Shown in pieces: positions 1 through 9,643 of a stretch of 64,000 nucleotides of DNA (the stretch's first letter is position 1; each line of letters begins with the position of its first letter). The notes under the pieces were generated by a model. The model was not told the DNA's origin. It ran no database searches and saw nothing but the letters and a program-made list of their open reading frames with translations. The translations under genes and the position numbers were made by a program. Source of the stretch: Nitrospinota bacterium (GTDB taxonomy: Bacteria > Nitrospinota > Nitrospinia > Nitrospinales > VA-1); assembly GCA_009873655.1 (NCBI GenBank), contig WAIB01000002.1:56413-120412 (forward strand), in the 5' to 3' direction.

Positions 1-943
1 TGCCTGAAGAAGCACCCAGGCAGCTCATAATTGCAACGGTATCCAATTTCTGGGCCATGAAGGTGCGGACGATCATGGCCACACCGATACCGCCCATAAG
101 AAGCGCAATCACCCCCAAGGCTCCAAGGTATTGCCCCATTCGTTCAATGGAACGGGATAGGGAGGATTGCATGTCCTTATAGGTTCGTATGGAGATGGAT
201 TTATCGGTTAATCCCCGTTCCAGCAATGCCACCGCTTTTTCAAGTGGCATGCTGTCCGGGAGTTTTATCAAAGTCCGGTGTTTGATTCGGCTCCCGGGTT
301 GAACGAGGTCCGCTTCATCCAGCGAGTCGCGGGAAATGAACAGTCTGGGACCGATGCTGAAGGCCCGGGAAATACGATCGGGTTCGGAAGTGACGATACC
401 GGTGATTTTTAACTGGGTCTTTCCCAGAGAAAAACCATCGCCGATATTCAATCCGGTTTTCACGAGAAAAGAAGATTCGACCACTGCGCCGTTTTCCTTC
501 AGAAGTTCCTGCAGGGGCTTGTCCGGGTTGTTTTTAAACTCCCCGTAAAAAGGATATTGTGGACCTGTTAAAGGAATAGATTTCAATTCCGTGATCAGGG
601 AACCGGATTTTTCAGACGAGTCCGGATTTTTAAACTGTGCCATTCCATGCATTTCTTTAATAAATAAAAACTCGGTTCCCTGCGGCAGAATTTTTTTCTG
701 GTAAGCAATGTCCTCTTTCCCTTGCTGCCAGCTTCCCTTGATACCGATGTCGGCGGCCAGAAGCCCCTTGGCCTGTCCTTGAATGGTTGCCTGTACCATA
801 TTGGAAAAACTTTTGACGGTCATTACGGCTCCCACCCCGATCGCGATACAAAATATAAAAAAGACCATACGCTTCCACGCCCCGCGGGATTCCGCAAGCG
901 CCAGTGAGACAAGTTGTTTGAAATTAAGTTGGTGGGATTTCAT
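1..943 (-). CDS. ybbP: ABC transporter permease, FtsX/MacB-type (YbbP-like); 3' end lies outside the window
   Basis: Absent from the ORF track because it runs off the window. My minus-strand translation from the ATG at 943-941 gives [46 protein letters not shown]... and stays open to nt 1. The start overlaps the TAA of the upstream ATPase by 1 nt (TAATG). An N-terminal TM helix followed by a large soluble loop is typical of FtsX-fold permeases. The tesA/ybbA/ybbP arrangement matches E. coli. Confidence 0.75.
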   Translation of the reverse strand, partial: MKSHQLNFKQLVSLALAESRGAWKRMVFFIFCIAIGVGAVMTVKSFSNMVQATIQGQAKGLLAADIGIKGSWQQGKEDIAYQKKILPQGTEFLFIKEMHGMAQFKNPDSSEKSGSLITELKSIPLTGPQYPFYGEFKNNPDKPLQELLKENGAVVESSFLVKTGLNIGDGFSLGKTQLKITGIVTSEPDRISRAFSIGPRLFISRDSLDEADLVQPGSRIKHRTLIKLPDSMPLEKAVALLERGLTDKSISIRTYKDMQSSLSRSIERMGQYLGALGVIALLMGGIGVAMIVRTFMAQKLDTVAIMSCLGASSG

Positions 944-1620
944 TATTTTGTATTTTTCCGGTCTGCGATGATCTTTCCATCTTCCAGGGTCAGAATCCGT
1001 TGACTTTGTTTGGCGACCTGGGGTTCATGAGTAACCATTACGATGGTGGCCTGCTTTACCCGATGAAGTTCCCGGATTAACTCAATGATTCGGTCACTGT
1101 TTTTTGAATCGAGATTTCCCGTGGGTTCATCTGCGAGAATGATATTGGGTTCATTGACAAAAGCGCGCGCCAGTGAAAGACGTTGTTGTTCGCCACCGGA
1201 TAATTGAGCCGGGTAGTGGTGTTGTCGATCACTTAATCCCACCATCCCCAGGAGGTCTTCTGATTTTTTGGTGGCTCCGGGGGTGCTGTTGAGTTCTGCG
1301 GACAAGACAACATTTTCCAGGGCGGTCAGGGTTGGGATGAGGTGGAAGTTCTGGAAGATAAAACCAAACCGTTTTCCGCGTAACAGGGCCAATTCGTCTT
1401 CATTGAGTTTCGTGATATCCTGCCCGTCTATTTTTATGGTTCCATCCGTCGGGGTATCCAGGCCAGCAATCAGGCTGAGCAATGTGGTTTTGCCGCTACC
1501 GGAATGACCGGTGATGGCAATGAACTGCCCGTCTGGAATCGTAAGGTCAATGGATTTTAAAATTTCTACTTTATGACCGCCGCCGTGCAGGGTTTTTATC
1601 AATCCGGATATTTCTATCAA
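943..1620 (-). CDS. ybbA: ABC transporter ATP-binding protein (YbbA/LolD-like)
   Basis: Walker [13 protein letters not shown] signature LSGGEQQR, Walker [10 protein letters not shown]-loop VTHE. Translationally coupled to the downstream permease. Confidence 0.9.
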   Translation of the reverse strand: MIEISGLIKTLHGGGHKVEILKSIDLTIPDGQFIAITGHSGSGKTTLLSLIAGLDTPTDGTIKIDGQDITKLNEDELALLRGKRFGFIFQNFHLIPTLTALENVVLSAELNSTPGATKKSEDLLGMVGLSDRQHHYPAQLSGGEQQRLSLARAFVNEPNIILADEPTGNLDSKNSDRIIELIRELHRVKQATIVMVTHEPQVAKQSQRILTLEDGKIIADRKNTK

Positions 1621-1669
1621 TGTTTTTTAAGGGTTGGTTTATGATTAAGGTTTATTGTATTAAAAATAT

Positions 1670-2350
1670 ATGCGTACCATTTTACTAAACTTTTTTCGAA
1701 TTTCCGGCTACATTCTTGGAGGGTTTTTAATAATCCCGGGTAATATTCAGGGGCTGATGGCCAGCGAAGCGCAGTCGGTACCCCATGGAAAACAGGAGAA
1801 ACGAGTGATTCTTGCTTTAGGGGATAGTTTAACCGCAGGATTTGGTGTGGCCCAGGAAGAAAGTTTCCCTTCCCGCCTGCAGGTGAAAATTAATGAAGCG
1901 AAGTTAGGGTATAAAATTGTCAACGCAGGTATCAGTGGCGATACCACCGCAGGGGGAGTTCGCCGGATCAACTGGCTGATGAAGCACAAACCGCAGATCG
2001 TCATTCTTGCCCTGGGTGCGAACGATGGGTTGAGAGGATTATCCGTAGACGAAATGCGGTCGAACTTAGAAACCATGATCCGTATATCCCATGAGCACGA
2101 CGCCCGGGTTTTGCTGGCGGGTATGAAAGCCCTTCCCAATTATGGTGAAGATTACCAGCAAAAATTCGAATCCGTTTTCCCCGAATTGGCTGATAAGCAT
2201 GATTTGGTTTACCTTCCTTTTTTGTTGGAAGGGGTTGCGGGTGTCCGGGAATTCACCCGTCCTGATGGAATTCATCCCACGGCATCGGGTTATAAAATTG
2301 TCGCCGAGTTGGTCTGGGAATATTTACGGCCTATGCTTGGGAGGGATTAA
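1670..2350 (+). CDS. tesA: SGNH/GDSL arylesterase, acyl-CoA thioesterase I / lysophospholipase L1-like
   Basis: Signal-like N-terminus. Block I GDSLTAG, block III GANDGLRG, block V DGIHP. Divergent from ybbA as in E. coli. Confidence 0.85.
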   Translation: MRTILLNFFRISGYILGGFLIIPGNIQGLMASEAQSVPHGKQEKRVILALGDSLTAGFGVAQEESFPSRLQVKINEAKLGYKIVNAGISGDTTAGGVRRINWLMKHKPQIVILALGANDGLRGLSVDEMRSNLETMIRISHEHDARVLLAGMKALPNYGEDYQQKFESVFPELADKHDLVYLPFLLEGVAGVREFTRPDGIHPTASGYKIVAELVWEYLRPMLGRD

Positions 2351-3431
2351 GGGATTCAACCCATTGCATTAGTCTTTCGTAACAGATTCCCGAGTTTAAA
2401 ATTTTTATAGCAACCTCAAAGCCTTCCTGCGGAGATTGGAAAATATCGGCAAGATGGCACAGGCAGGATGCCTGGCTGGCGATCTGGATGGCTGCAGGTC
2501 CTTCCCCTTTTTTCAATGCCTGTTCTCCGAGTTTGGCAATCGTTTCCCGTTGCGATTCTGTTTCCTTTAAAGCTTCGTGAGACTCCGCAATTTGTTTGAC
2601 CGTTTTTTCGTCAAACATTTTTGAAAATATGAGAGAGCGTGACTGGGTTTCGTCCTCTCCATCCTGGATGAAGACTTTCGCTTCTTTGTGTATGCCAAAC
2701 AGGGTGGTGCCTTCCATTCCGTTTCCGACGATAACACGGTCGAACAGACTGCGTTTTGCAATTTCCGTTAAAGAAACTTCGTAGCCCCGATGAAAATAGG
2801 TTGTCGCAAGGAAGTTTTTACTGTCCGCCTTAAGAGGCATGAGGATTTTTTCCAGCGTGGCAAGCATGGGTCGTTTTACTATCTCAGTACGGATGGTCCG
2901 CAATTTTTCTAATTCAGGCAGGCAGTCCCCGGTATTGATAAAACCGAATTTGAATTCCCGGATTTGTTGAATGCGTTGTTCGCCTTTACCGGATGGAGTC
3001 GCCTGGTAGTGGTTGACCAGCAGATCTTCAAAGGTGATACCGAATTTAGGGGGCAGAGGTAAAGCGGAATGGCCATAAACAGGGAGTCCCATTTCTGCAA
3101 TGACAGGAATCGCGTAAAAACCGAAATAAGGAATCCGCTGAAAACCGTCGAAAGGATCGGCGATTTGCAGGAGCTTGTCGAGGCCGATTTTCCGGGGTGA
3201 TATTTTTTTTTGCAGGGCTCGCCAGTAACCGATGTTTTCGGGAACGGTTTCAATTTTCATGCGGGCGGCGATGAGGAAGACCCCGGTTCTCACCTGGGAT
3301 ACTTTCTCGTCCAGAATAAGGGACAACGCATCTTCCGCCTCATCCTCGGTGAGGTCTTTACTCAATTTCGGGCCGGCTGCAATTTTTTGCAGATAACCCT
3401 GCATTCTTTCTTCAGGGAAAATTTCCGTCAT
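2331..3431 (-). CDS. Glycosyl transferase family 3 (anthranilate phosphoribosyltransferase, TrpD)-like protein with degenerate catalytic motifs
   Basis: The N-terminal helical bundle pattern (LQKIAAGPKLSKDLTEDEAEDALSLILDEKVSQVRTGVFLIAARMK) resembles the TrpD N-domain. The PRPP-binding GTGGD and KHGNR positions read PFDGF and GHSAL. Confidence 0.5.
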   Translation of the reverse strand: MTEIFPEERMQGYLQKIAAGPKLSKDLTEDEAEDALSLILDEKVSQVRTGVFLIAARMKIETVPENIGYWRALQKKISPRKIGLDKLLQIADPFDGFQRIPYFGFYAIPVIAEMGLPVYGHSALPLPPKFGITFEDLLVNHYQATPSGKGEQRIQQIREFKFGFINTGDCLPELEKLRTIRTEIVKRPMLATLEKILMPLKADSKNFLATTYFHRGYEVSLTEIAKRSLFDRVIVGNGMEGTTLFGIHKEAKVFIQDGEDETQSRSLIFSKMFDEKTVKQIAESHEALKETESQRETIAKLGEQALKKGEGPAAIQIASQASCLCHLADIFQSPQEGFEVAIKILNSGICYERLMQWVESLNPSQA

Positions 3432-3531
3432 TCGTGTGGGATTCCTTTTTAAGTCTGCCCCCGTTGGTGTATCCGGGCTAATTAGAGTATGATAAGGAAT
3501 CTGCGTTTAAACCCAAATTTTTCGAGGATTA

Positions 3532-5238
3532 ATGTCAGTTTCCTGTCAAACGGATCATACCATTTCCGAAAGTTCAGCGCCTGACAAGGCCATTCGGGTA
3601 CTCTTAGTTTATCCCAATACGCGCGAGGTGGCCCTGGCCAATCTGGGTTTCCAGCAGGTTTATTCCTTATTGAATTCCATCGAGGGGGTGGAATGTGATC
3701 GATACGCGCTTCCCACAGACTGGAAGCCGGAAACAGAAGCGCTGAGGAAAGACGAATTACGGTCCATGGACAGGAACCGTCTCCCTGAAGATTTTGATAT
3801 TATCGCATTTTCCATTTCATTCGAGCCGGATTACCTGAACACCGTAATTGCACTGAAGTACTTCAACATACCCCTGGACCGGGAGAAACGAGATACCTCC
3901 TGTCCGATGATCGTTGCCGGAGGCTCTGCCATTTTCATTAATCCCGAGCCGCTGGCGAACTGCATGGATGTCATGTTTATCGGCGAGGGAGAAGGTATTG
4001 CCAACGACTTTTTTGAAGCGCTTCGCGACTGTGATGATAGAAATAAATTTCTTGAACGAGCCGCGGGCCTTTCCGGAATCTACGTGCCAAAATTTTATGA
4101 TTCGCAAATGGAGTCTGGATTTCAGGTAGGGGTTTCAACCTCTATTGATATTCCCTCGCGAGTGACCCGTCATTGGGTTGCCCAGGAAGAATCTCTTTGC
4201 ACACACTCCGTGGTCCACGGGGAAAACACGACCTTTAAAGATATGGCCCTGATGGAGGTCACTCGTGGTTGCATATGGGCTTGCCGGTTTTGTACAGCGG
4301 GTTTTATTTATCGTCCCCCTCGTCTGCCCGATTTGAATAAAACCTATGATTCTATGACAAAGATTCTTGAGGGTCAGGGCAAGCCGGCTCAAACCATAGG
4401 TCTGGTGGGTCCGTCGGTGACGGATCACCCTCAACTTCCCGAATTGGCAAAGAGGATCACGGAAGAGGGTAAGACCTTGTCGTTTTCTTCTTTAAGAATG
4501 GAAACGCTTACCGATGAACTGGTTGACCTCATTCTGAAAAGCGGGCAGAAAACCCTGACGGTTGCTGTGGATGGGCCCTCTGAAAGAATGCGCGATGTGA
4601 TCAACAAAGCCGCGACCGATGATTTTATTGTAGAGAAATGCAGGTTCCTAACCCGCAAGGGCATCCTTCATCTAAAAATTTATTCCATCATCGGGTTGCC
4701 TCATGAAACCGATGACGATATTGCCCAGTTCATTCACCTGGTTGAACGGGTCCAGAAAGTTTATGTGGATGAATGCCGAAATCATGGCCGCATTGGTCGG
4801 GTCACGATCAGTTTGAGTCCATTGGTCCCTAAACCGGGAACGCCGTTTCAATGGCACCCGATGGAAGATGTAAAAAGTTTAAAGAAAAAATTTGCTCGCG
4901 TCAGGAAAGCCCTGGGTAAACTTCCCCACCTGAAAATGAGTTTTGGTTCTCCCAATGAAGCTTATCTGCAGACCTATCTCTCCCGGGGCGATCGCAGTGT
5001 CCACGAGTTTTTCAAAACTTTTTTGAAAAACGGACACGACGCTAAAAGGGCCTTAAGCGAACATTCGGTGGACTCGTTTGTGTACCGGCAATACGGAAAA
5101 GACGACTATCTTCCCTGGGATATTGTCGACCACGGATACCGCAACGGATATCTGTGGGACGATTACCAGCGTGGCCTGATGGCTGGGCGAACTCCCGTTT
5201 GTGATACCGCCACCTGTCACGTCTGCGGCATCTGCTAG
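3532..5238 (+). CDS. B12-binding-domain radical SAM protein (TIGR03960-like, function unknown)
   Basis: CxxxCxxC radical SAM motif (VTRGCIWACRFCTAG). The N-terminal Rossmann-like part (VLLVYPNTREVALANLGFQQVYSLLN) is typical of the B12-like domain of this family. A C-terminal four-Cys motif, CDTATCHVCGIC, is also present. Confidence 0.85.
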   Translation: MSVSCQTDHTISESSAPDKAIRVLLVYPNTREVALANLGFQQVYSLLNSIEGVECDRYALPTDWKPETEALRKDELRSMDRNRLPEDFDIIAFSISFEPDYLNTVIALKYFNIPLDREKRDTSCPMIVAGGSAIFINPEPLANCMDVMFIGEGEGIANDFFEALRDCDDRNKFLERAAGLSGIYVPKFYDSQMESGFQVGVSTSIDIPSRVTRHWVAQEESLCTHSVVHGENTTFKDMALMEVTRGCIWACRFCTAGFIYRPPRLPDLNKTYDSMTKILEGQGKPAQTIGLVGPSVTDHPQLPELAKRITEEGKTLSFSSLRMETLTDELVDLILKSGQKTLTVAVDGPSERMRDVINKAATDDFIVEKCRFLTRKGILHLKIYSIIGLPHETDDDIAQFIHLVERVQKVYVDECRNHGRIGRVTISLSPLVPKPGTPFQWHPMEDVKSLKKKFARVRKALGKLPHLKMSFGSPNEAYLQTYLSRGDRSVHEFFKTFLKNGHDAKRALSEHSVDSFVYRQYGKDDYLPWDIVDHGYRNGYLWDDYQRGLMAGRTPVCDTATCHVCGIC

Positions 5239-5469
5239 CGGCGAACCGCCGCGGGCAAATTACAATGTCGGATGTATGCGATCCATGTTTTTTCCCGGTT
5301 TAAAATGTCTTTGCTGAAATTTCCTCCCTTGTAAAGGGCGGCGTGGAGCCAATAGGTCAGAACGTTTGACTCCTTGATATCGTTTTTTAGCTTCTGGATA
5401 TAAGTTTTATTTCCTCTGCCAACTGTGTTCCTATGTGGTTAAAAGAAATTTTGATTAATTAGAGCAGGC

Positions 5470-6336
5470 ATGGCATTTGATCTTGAAAAGATGAACAAGC
5501 TTCCCCGGGAAGCCCGGTTTTTTGATGTGAACGGGCTCTGGTATTTTTTTAATGGCTGGCTGGTTCGAATACTTTATCCGACTCCCATCACTCCAAACCA
5601 GATAACGTTTTTATCATTGGTTTTGGGTCTCCTGTCCGCGGGATTTTATGTTTCAGGGAAACCGGATGCGCTGGTGTGGGGTGCGGTTTTTCTCTACGGA
5701 AAAGTGGTGTTGGATAATGTGGATGGGAACCTTGCCCGTGTTCGTGGAACTTCCTCACGTTTCGGAAGGTTCTTGGACTCACTTGCGGACTTTCTGATAA
5801 CCGTTCTCGTTTATATCAGCGCGACTTTCTATCTTGTTCAGGAGACCGGGGATAACGGGTCATGGTATTTGGGATTTTTTGCCTTGTTGTTCGGGTTTAT
5901 GCAGAGCACTTTTTTTGTCTTTTATCTGGTGAGCTACACATCAAGTGTGGGTTCGTATGAAAAAAACCGGGTCGATGAAACGATAACCCGGGAAGATGAA
6001 GCGGCAGCCGAAGAAAACCCCTGGGATTTAAATTTACAGAAGCTTTTTGTCTGGGCTTATGGTTGGCAGGATAGATTGGTTGAAAGGCTGGATTTTTTCA
6101 GTAGAAAGATAGCAAAAGTATCGGAAAAAGAAGAAACCAAATGGTATAGCGACAAGAGATTCCTCACTGCTATCAGCCCTCTATGCCTTTGCACGAATAA
6201 TGTGATGCTGGCTGTATTTTCTCTGCTGGACCAGGTGGAGCTATTTTTTATCCTCCTGATCTTGGTGATGAATTTTTACGGAATGGGTTTGTTGGTCTGG
6301 AAAATTTTTCGCCAAAGATACTTTACGGGTAAATAA
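5470..6336 (+). CDS. CDP-alcohol phosphatidyltransferase family membrane protein
   Basis: Signature D-x2-D-G-x2-A-R-x8-G-x3-D-x3-D read as DNVDGNLARVRGTSSRFGRFLDSLAD. Several hydrophobic helices. Confidence 0.85.
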   Translation: MAFDLEKMNKLPREARFFDVNGLWYFFNGWLVRILYPTPITPNQITFLSLVLGLLSAGFYVSGKPDALVWGAVFLYGKVVLDNVDGNLARVRGTSSRFGRFLDSLADFLITVLVYISATFYLVQETGDNGSWYLGFFALLFGFMQSTFFVFYLVSYTSSVGSYEKNRVDETITREDEAAAEENPWDLNLQKLFVWAYGWQDRLVERLDFFSRKIAKVSEKEETKWYSDKRFLTAISPLCLCTNNVMLAVFSLLDQVELFFILLILVMNFYGMGLLVWKIFRQRYFTGK

Positions 6337-6408
6337 AAGGCGAGTCTCTAAAATCAATCGGTTGATTATTTGATCGTCCATCCTCTTATTCAGGAGTAAC
6401 ATAAATAC

Positions 6409-6645
6409 TTATCCAGATCGATCTAATTTCAGCTCTCTTACAACGGATTTCATCAGGTTTTTTTCAGAGAAGGGTTTGGAATAAAATTCATCTCCGCCTG
6501 CTTCCGCAGCCTTTTCGATATCTTTTGCCTGGGTACTTGCGGAAACAAAAATAATATAAAGGGACCGGGTCCTGGGGTTGGCTTTCAAATACTGGCACAA
6601 CTCAATTCCGTTTTTTTCGTCAGGCAAATCAGTATCCAGCACCAA
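6409..6645 (-). pseudogene. 5'-truncated response-regulator receiver domain (remnant)
   Basis: The 78-aa ORF starts at a TTG inside the receiver fold (LVLDTDLPDEKNGIEL...SKPF). The N-terminal beta1/alpha1 region with the acidic DD pair is missing. The upstream in-frame sequence is unrelated and hits a stop. Confidence 0.6.
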
Positions 6646-6814
6646 GAGGTTTCCAGGGGTAAGACCTTGAAAAACAGGGCTTGCTTGTCTCCGAGGCGAA
6701 GAAAAAATAAAATATTTATTTTTATCAAGGCACTGGATAGCGGCACTTATAAAGCAATCCAGGAAACTTCCAGGTAAGCTTTAAAAATCAATCACATGGG
6801 ATCGTGGTTGTGAG

Positions 6815-6922
6815 TTCACAGATCCTAAGAAGTTCGCCTTGGCAACGAGGTTCCAATGAAAACACCAACAGGCTCTTACGGCAATATTTTCCCAAAGGCA
6901 CGGATTTATCCGTTCACAGTCA
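6815..6922 (+). mobile_element. IS30-family transposase C-terminal scar (about 35 codons, frameshifted, no ends recognised)
   Basis: My translation gives EFTDPKK (+1 shift) [30 protein letters not shown]. This matches the IS30 transposase hallmark (F/Y)[28 protein letters not shown]. The rest of the transposase is absent. Confidence 0.6.
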
Positions 6923-6955
6923 GGGGCATCCGCATTTTTGCCCGGACGGGAGTCG

Positions 6956-8143
6956 CTAATCGGGCAGTTCCTGCATGAGGGCTTTTTCGTAGCCTACTAA
7001 TTCTACGTAGCCTTTCCCCGTTACCGGTTTGCCTTTCACGTTCCCTTTTATTGACACACTGCCTTCCCAATAGGAACCTGAAATGGATCTCAGGTGATAA
7101 AGTTCCTGGTCTGAAAAATCGGGAGCTACATATAAATGGATGTCCGAGTCGGGAAGATCAATTTCCCATGCTGCTGGATAAGTGGCTCCGGTATTTTTGC
7201 TGGTCCATGAATTTTTAGGGGTGAGGGTGAATTCTTTTGATGTCAGGTGACGGTAATTTTCATCAGCGGAAACGAAGGTGCCGCTGGAATGGGGATCGGT
7301 TTTGCCATCTTTCTGCCGTAACTGGTAGAGCATTATTTCGGTTTGATTGTCGAGTTTGAGAGAAAACCAGTCCCACCCCACCAATGAGGGGTTCAGTTGA
7401 TTGCTGGAAAATTCGCGATCCATCCAACTGGTTCCATTCACTTCAAATTTTTCTCCTTTTATAAAGACGGATCCTTCGGTTTTCATCCGTGTGAAAGAGA
7501 AATAATGGGAGGCATTTCCTTTTCCGCTGCCTTTTACACTGATTCCGTCTTTGCCGTGAAAGACCCTTTTTTTGACGGGGGTGAGCTTGAGTTCCATCCC
7601 TGTTTCTTTCTCAAGAGCTTTTAAATTATGTGTATCTCGTTCTGCTGATAAATTCCAATCAGAGTTCCATATTAAAAAACGGTCGGTTTCCGCCCCGGCA
7701 TTTTTTATTCCCTTTCGATTGATACGCTCGAAGAAATAAAATTTTTCATTTTGGATATCGGAGACCGTCATGTGTGCAAAATAAATATGGTCGATTTTCC
7801 ATTTTGAAGGGTTTCTGATGGGTTTGTCCCCTTCCAATCCCACCCTGAAAAAGGTGAGTTGATAACCAAATCGTCGCCCCTTTTCGCTTTCAAGGTTTCC
7901 GGTGTAATACCACCATTCGATGCGAAAATTTTCGTGGGAAAAATCATCACGGGGAAATTGATAAATATAGCCTGGTTCTGCTTCCTGAAATTTGGGTGAA
8001 GTTTGGGAAGGCTCCTGTCCTGAGGCAGGAAGGGTAGCCTGTAAAAGGAAAATTAGTGTCAGTACAGGAAATTGTTTCATTAAGATTCTCAAGGTTTTTT
8101 TAAATCTGCCGTCTATATTGGAAAGAGCCGGTTTTGAACTCAA
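6956..8143 (-). CDS. Secreted AttH/CrtC-like (hydroxyneurosporene synthase N-domain plus lipocalin-like) protein
   Basis: Signal peptide, then the family-typical [22 protein letters not shown]...GYQLTFFR and a C-terminal beta-rich domain. Confidence 0.7.
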   Translation of the reverse strand: MSSKPALSNIDGRFKKTLRILMKQFPVLTLIFLLQATLPASGQEPSQTSPKFQEAEPGYIYQFPRDDFSHENFRIEWWYYTGNLESEKGRRFGYQLTFFRVGLEGDKPIRNPSKWKIDHIYFAHMTVSDIQNEKFYFFERINRKGIKNAGAETDRFLIWNSDWNLSAERDTHNLKALEKETGMELKLTPVKKRVFHGKDGISVKGSGKGNASHYFSFTRMKTEGSVFIKGEKFEVNGTSWMDREFSSNQLNPSLVGWDWFSLKLDNQTEIMLYQLRQKDGKTDPHSSGTFVSADENYRHLTSKEFTLTPKNSWTSKNTGATYPAAWEIDLPDSDIHLYVAPDFSDQELYHLRSISGSYWEGSVSIKGNVKGKPVTGKGYVELVGYEKALMQELPD

Positions 8144-8285
8144 AGTTTTTATTTTACCTGAGGCTAGCAGAGAGGGGGCTGGAATTCAATTGGGCTTCTA
8201 TCTGGTTTTGTAAAATAATAAGGGTTATACTGAGTCCGGCAGGATTTTTTCCCCTCTTTCCCGTTGTTAAATTTTTTAACTCTGC

Positions 8286-9140
8286 ATGATGACCCATCCC
8301 GAATCAATACGTATCGGTGTAACAGGAGCTTCTGGTTTTATAGGTTCCCATCTTGCGACTGCACTGAAAGAATATGGAAAAGTGGTCACTCTTTCGCGGA
8401 ACCGGTCGCTTCCCACGCAGGCGCAGTTAAAAAATTTTGCATCGGGAGTGGAATTGTTTTTTCATTTGGGAGGGGTTAACCGCGGAACCGATGAAGAAAT
8501 CCTGGAAGGAAATATTACCGGAACCCTGCGGTTATTAGAAGCGATTCAGAAATATGGAAAACCTTCAGCGAAAATACTGTTTGCGTCTTCAACGCAGGTA
8601 TATCGTTTAAAAAAATCCGGAGGTAAAATTTCTGAAACAAGCCCGTTGCGGCCCGAAACTGTTTATGGGATCAGTAAAAAATCAGCGGAGGATTTGATTC
8701 GCATTTCCGGTCTTCCCCATACAATATTAAGGCTGGCGAATGTGTACGGTCCCGGTTGTCGTCCCAATTACAATTCTGTAGTGGCGACTTTGTGCCAGCG
8801 TGCGAAGAAAAACCTGCCCCTGCTGATAAATGGAAAAGGCAGCCAGGGCCGCGATTTTATTTTTATTGATGATGTGGTTCAGGCTTTTTTGCTGGCCGGA
8901 TTTCATGGAAAATCAGGGGGAAGAAAAGTTTATAATATAAGCTCGGGTCGGATAACGACTTTAAAGAAAATCGTAAATACGATCAAACGAATTGAGAAGG
9001 GAATTACAGTAGAGTTTAAAGCTGAAGCTGAAGATAAAATATCGTATTGCTGCGATGCGATGAGATTCAAAAGAGATTTTGGTTGGAAACCGAGGACCAC
9101 TCTTGACCAGGGTATCGAGCGGTCTTTGAAATATTTTTAA
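8286..9140 (+). CDS. NAD-dependent epimerase/dehydratase (extended SDR)
   Basis: Rossmann motif GASGFIGSHL and YGISK (YxxxK). It is the first gene of a plus-strand sugar-nucleotide/glycosyltransferase run. Confidence 0.85.
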   Translation: MMTHPESIRIGVTGASGFIGSHLATALKEYGKVVTLSRNRSLPTQAQLKNFASGVELFFHLGGVNRGTDEEILEGNITGTLRLLEAIQKYGKPSAKILFASSTQVYRLKKSGGKISETSPLRPETVYGISKKSAEDLIRISGLPHTILRLANVYGPGCRPNYNSVVATLCQRAKKNLPLLINGKGSQGRDFIFIDDVVQAFLLAGFHGKSGGRKVYNISSGRITTLKKIVNTIKRIEKGITVEFKAEAEDKISYCCDAMRFKRDFGWKPRTTLDQGIERSLKYF

Positions 9141-9152
9141 ATGGGAAAATAG

Positions 9153-9557
9153 ATGAAAAACGTAGAAATTCTTGATCTTGACAAAAAAGCGGATGAAAGG
9201 GGTTGGCTGATAGAAGTGCTGGGAGGAAATTTGCCTGAAGAATGTAAGGAATTTGGACAGTTGCATGTTTCTGTCGCTTACCCGGGTAAAGTCCGTGGAA
9301 ATCATTATCATACCCGTAAGGTAGAGTGGTTTTGTGTTCCTGCGGGAAAGGGGTTGCTTTTGCTAAAAGATCGTGAAACAGGTGAGACCCGTGAAGTGCT
9401 GATGGGAGTTGATAATTTGAAGACAATCAAAATAGAACCGGGTGCCATTCATGCCATAAAAAATATTGGTGAAGAAGATATGGTTTTAATAGTGTATGCT
9501 AACGAACCATTTGACCCGGAAGACCCTGATACTTTTTATGAAAAGATACTTGAATAA
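9153..9557 (+). CDS. Cupin-fold sugar-nucleotide epimerase/isomerase domain protein (CapF C-terminal-domain-like)
   Basis: DERGWLIEVL...VSVAYPGKVRGNHYHTRKVEWFCV fits the RmlC/CapF-type cupin pattern. It starts 13 nt after the SDR gene. Confidence 0.65.
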   Translation: MKNVEILDLDKKADERGWLIEVLGGNLPEECKEFGQLHVSVAYPGKVRGNHYHTRKVEWFCVPAGKGLLLLKDRETGETREVLMGVDNLKTIKIEPGAIHAIKNIGEEDMVLIVYANEPFDPEDPDTFYEKILE

Positions 9558-9643
9558 ATTTGGAAATTTGAACTAACTCCAAAATAAAGTTGCGCAAAGC
9601 CAGTTTTATAATTTGAAATTTTCCTGCCTGATAAACCTGTTTA

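Noticed and set aside
3432-3531. A precursor-peptide gene for the radical SAM enzyme (RiPP hypothesis).
   Set aside because: There is no short ORF with an RBS in the 100-nt divergent gap or downstream. The enzyme's architecture matches the TIGR03960-type family rather than SPASM/RiPP maturases.
5238-5252. GC hairpin GCGGCG-AAC-CGCCGC overlapping the stop of the radical SAM gene, as a possible terminator.
   Set aside because: It has only a 6-bp stem and a 3-nt loop, and no downstream T-tract. It may stabilise the 3' end, but I cannot support it as an intrinsic terminator.
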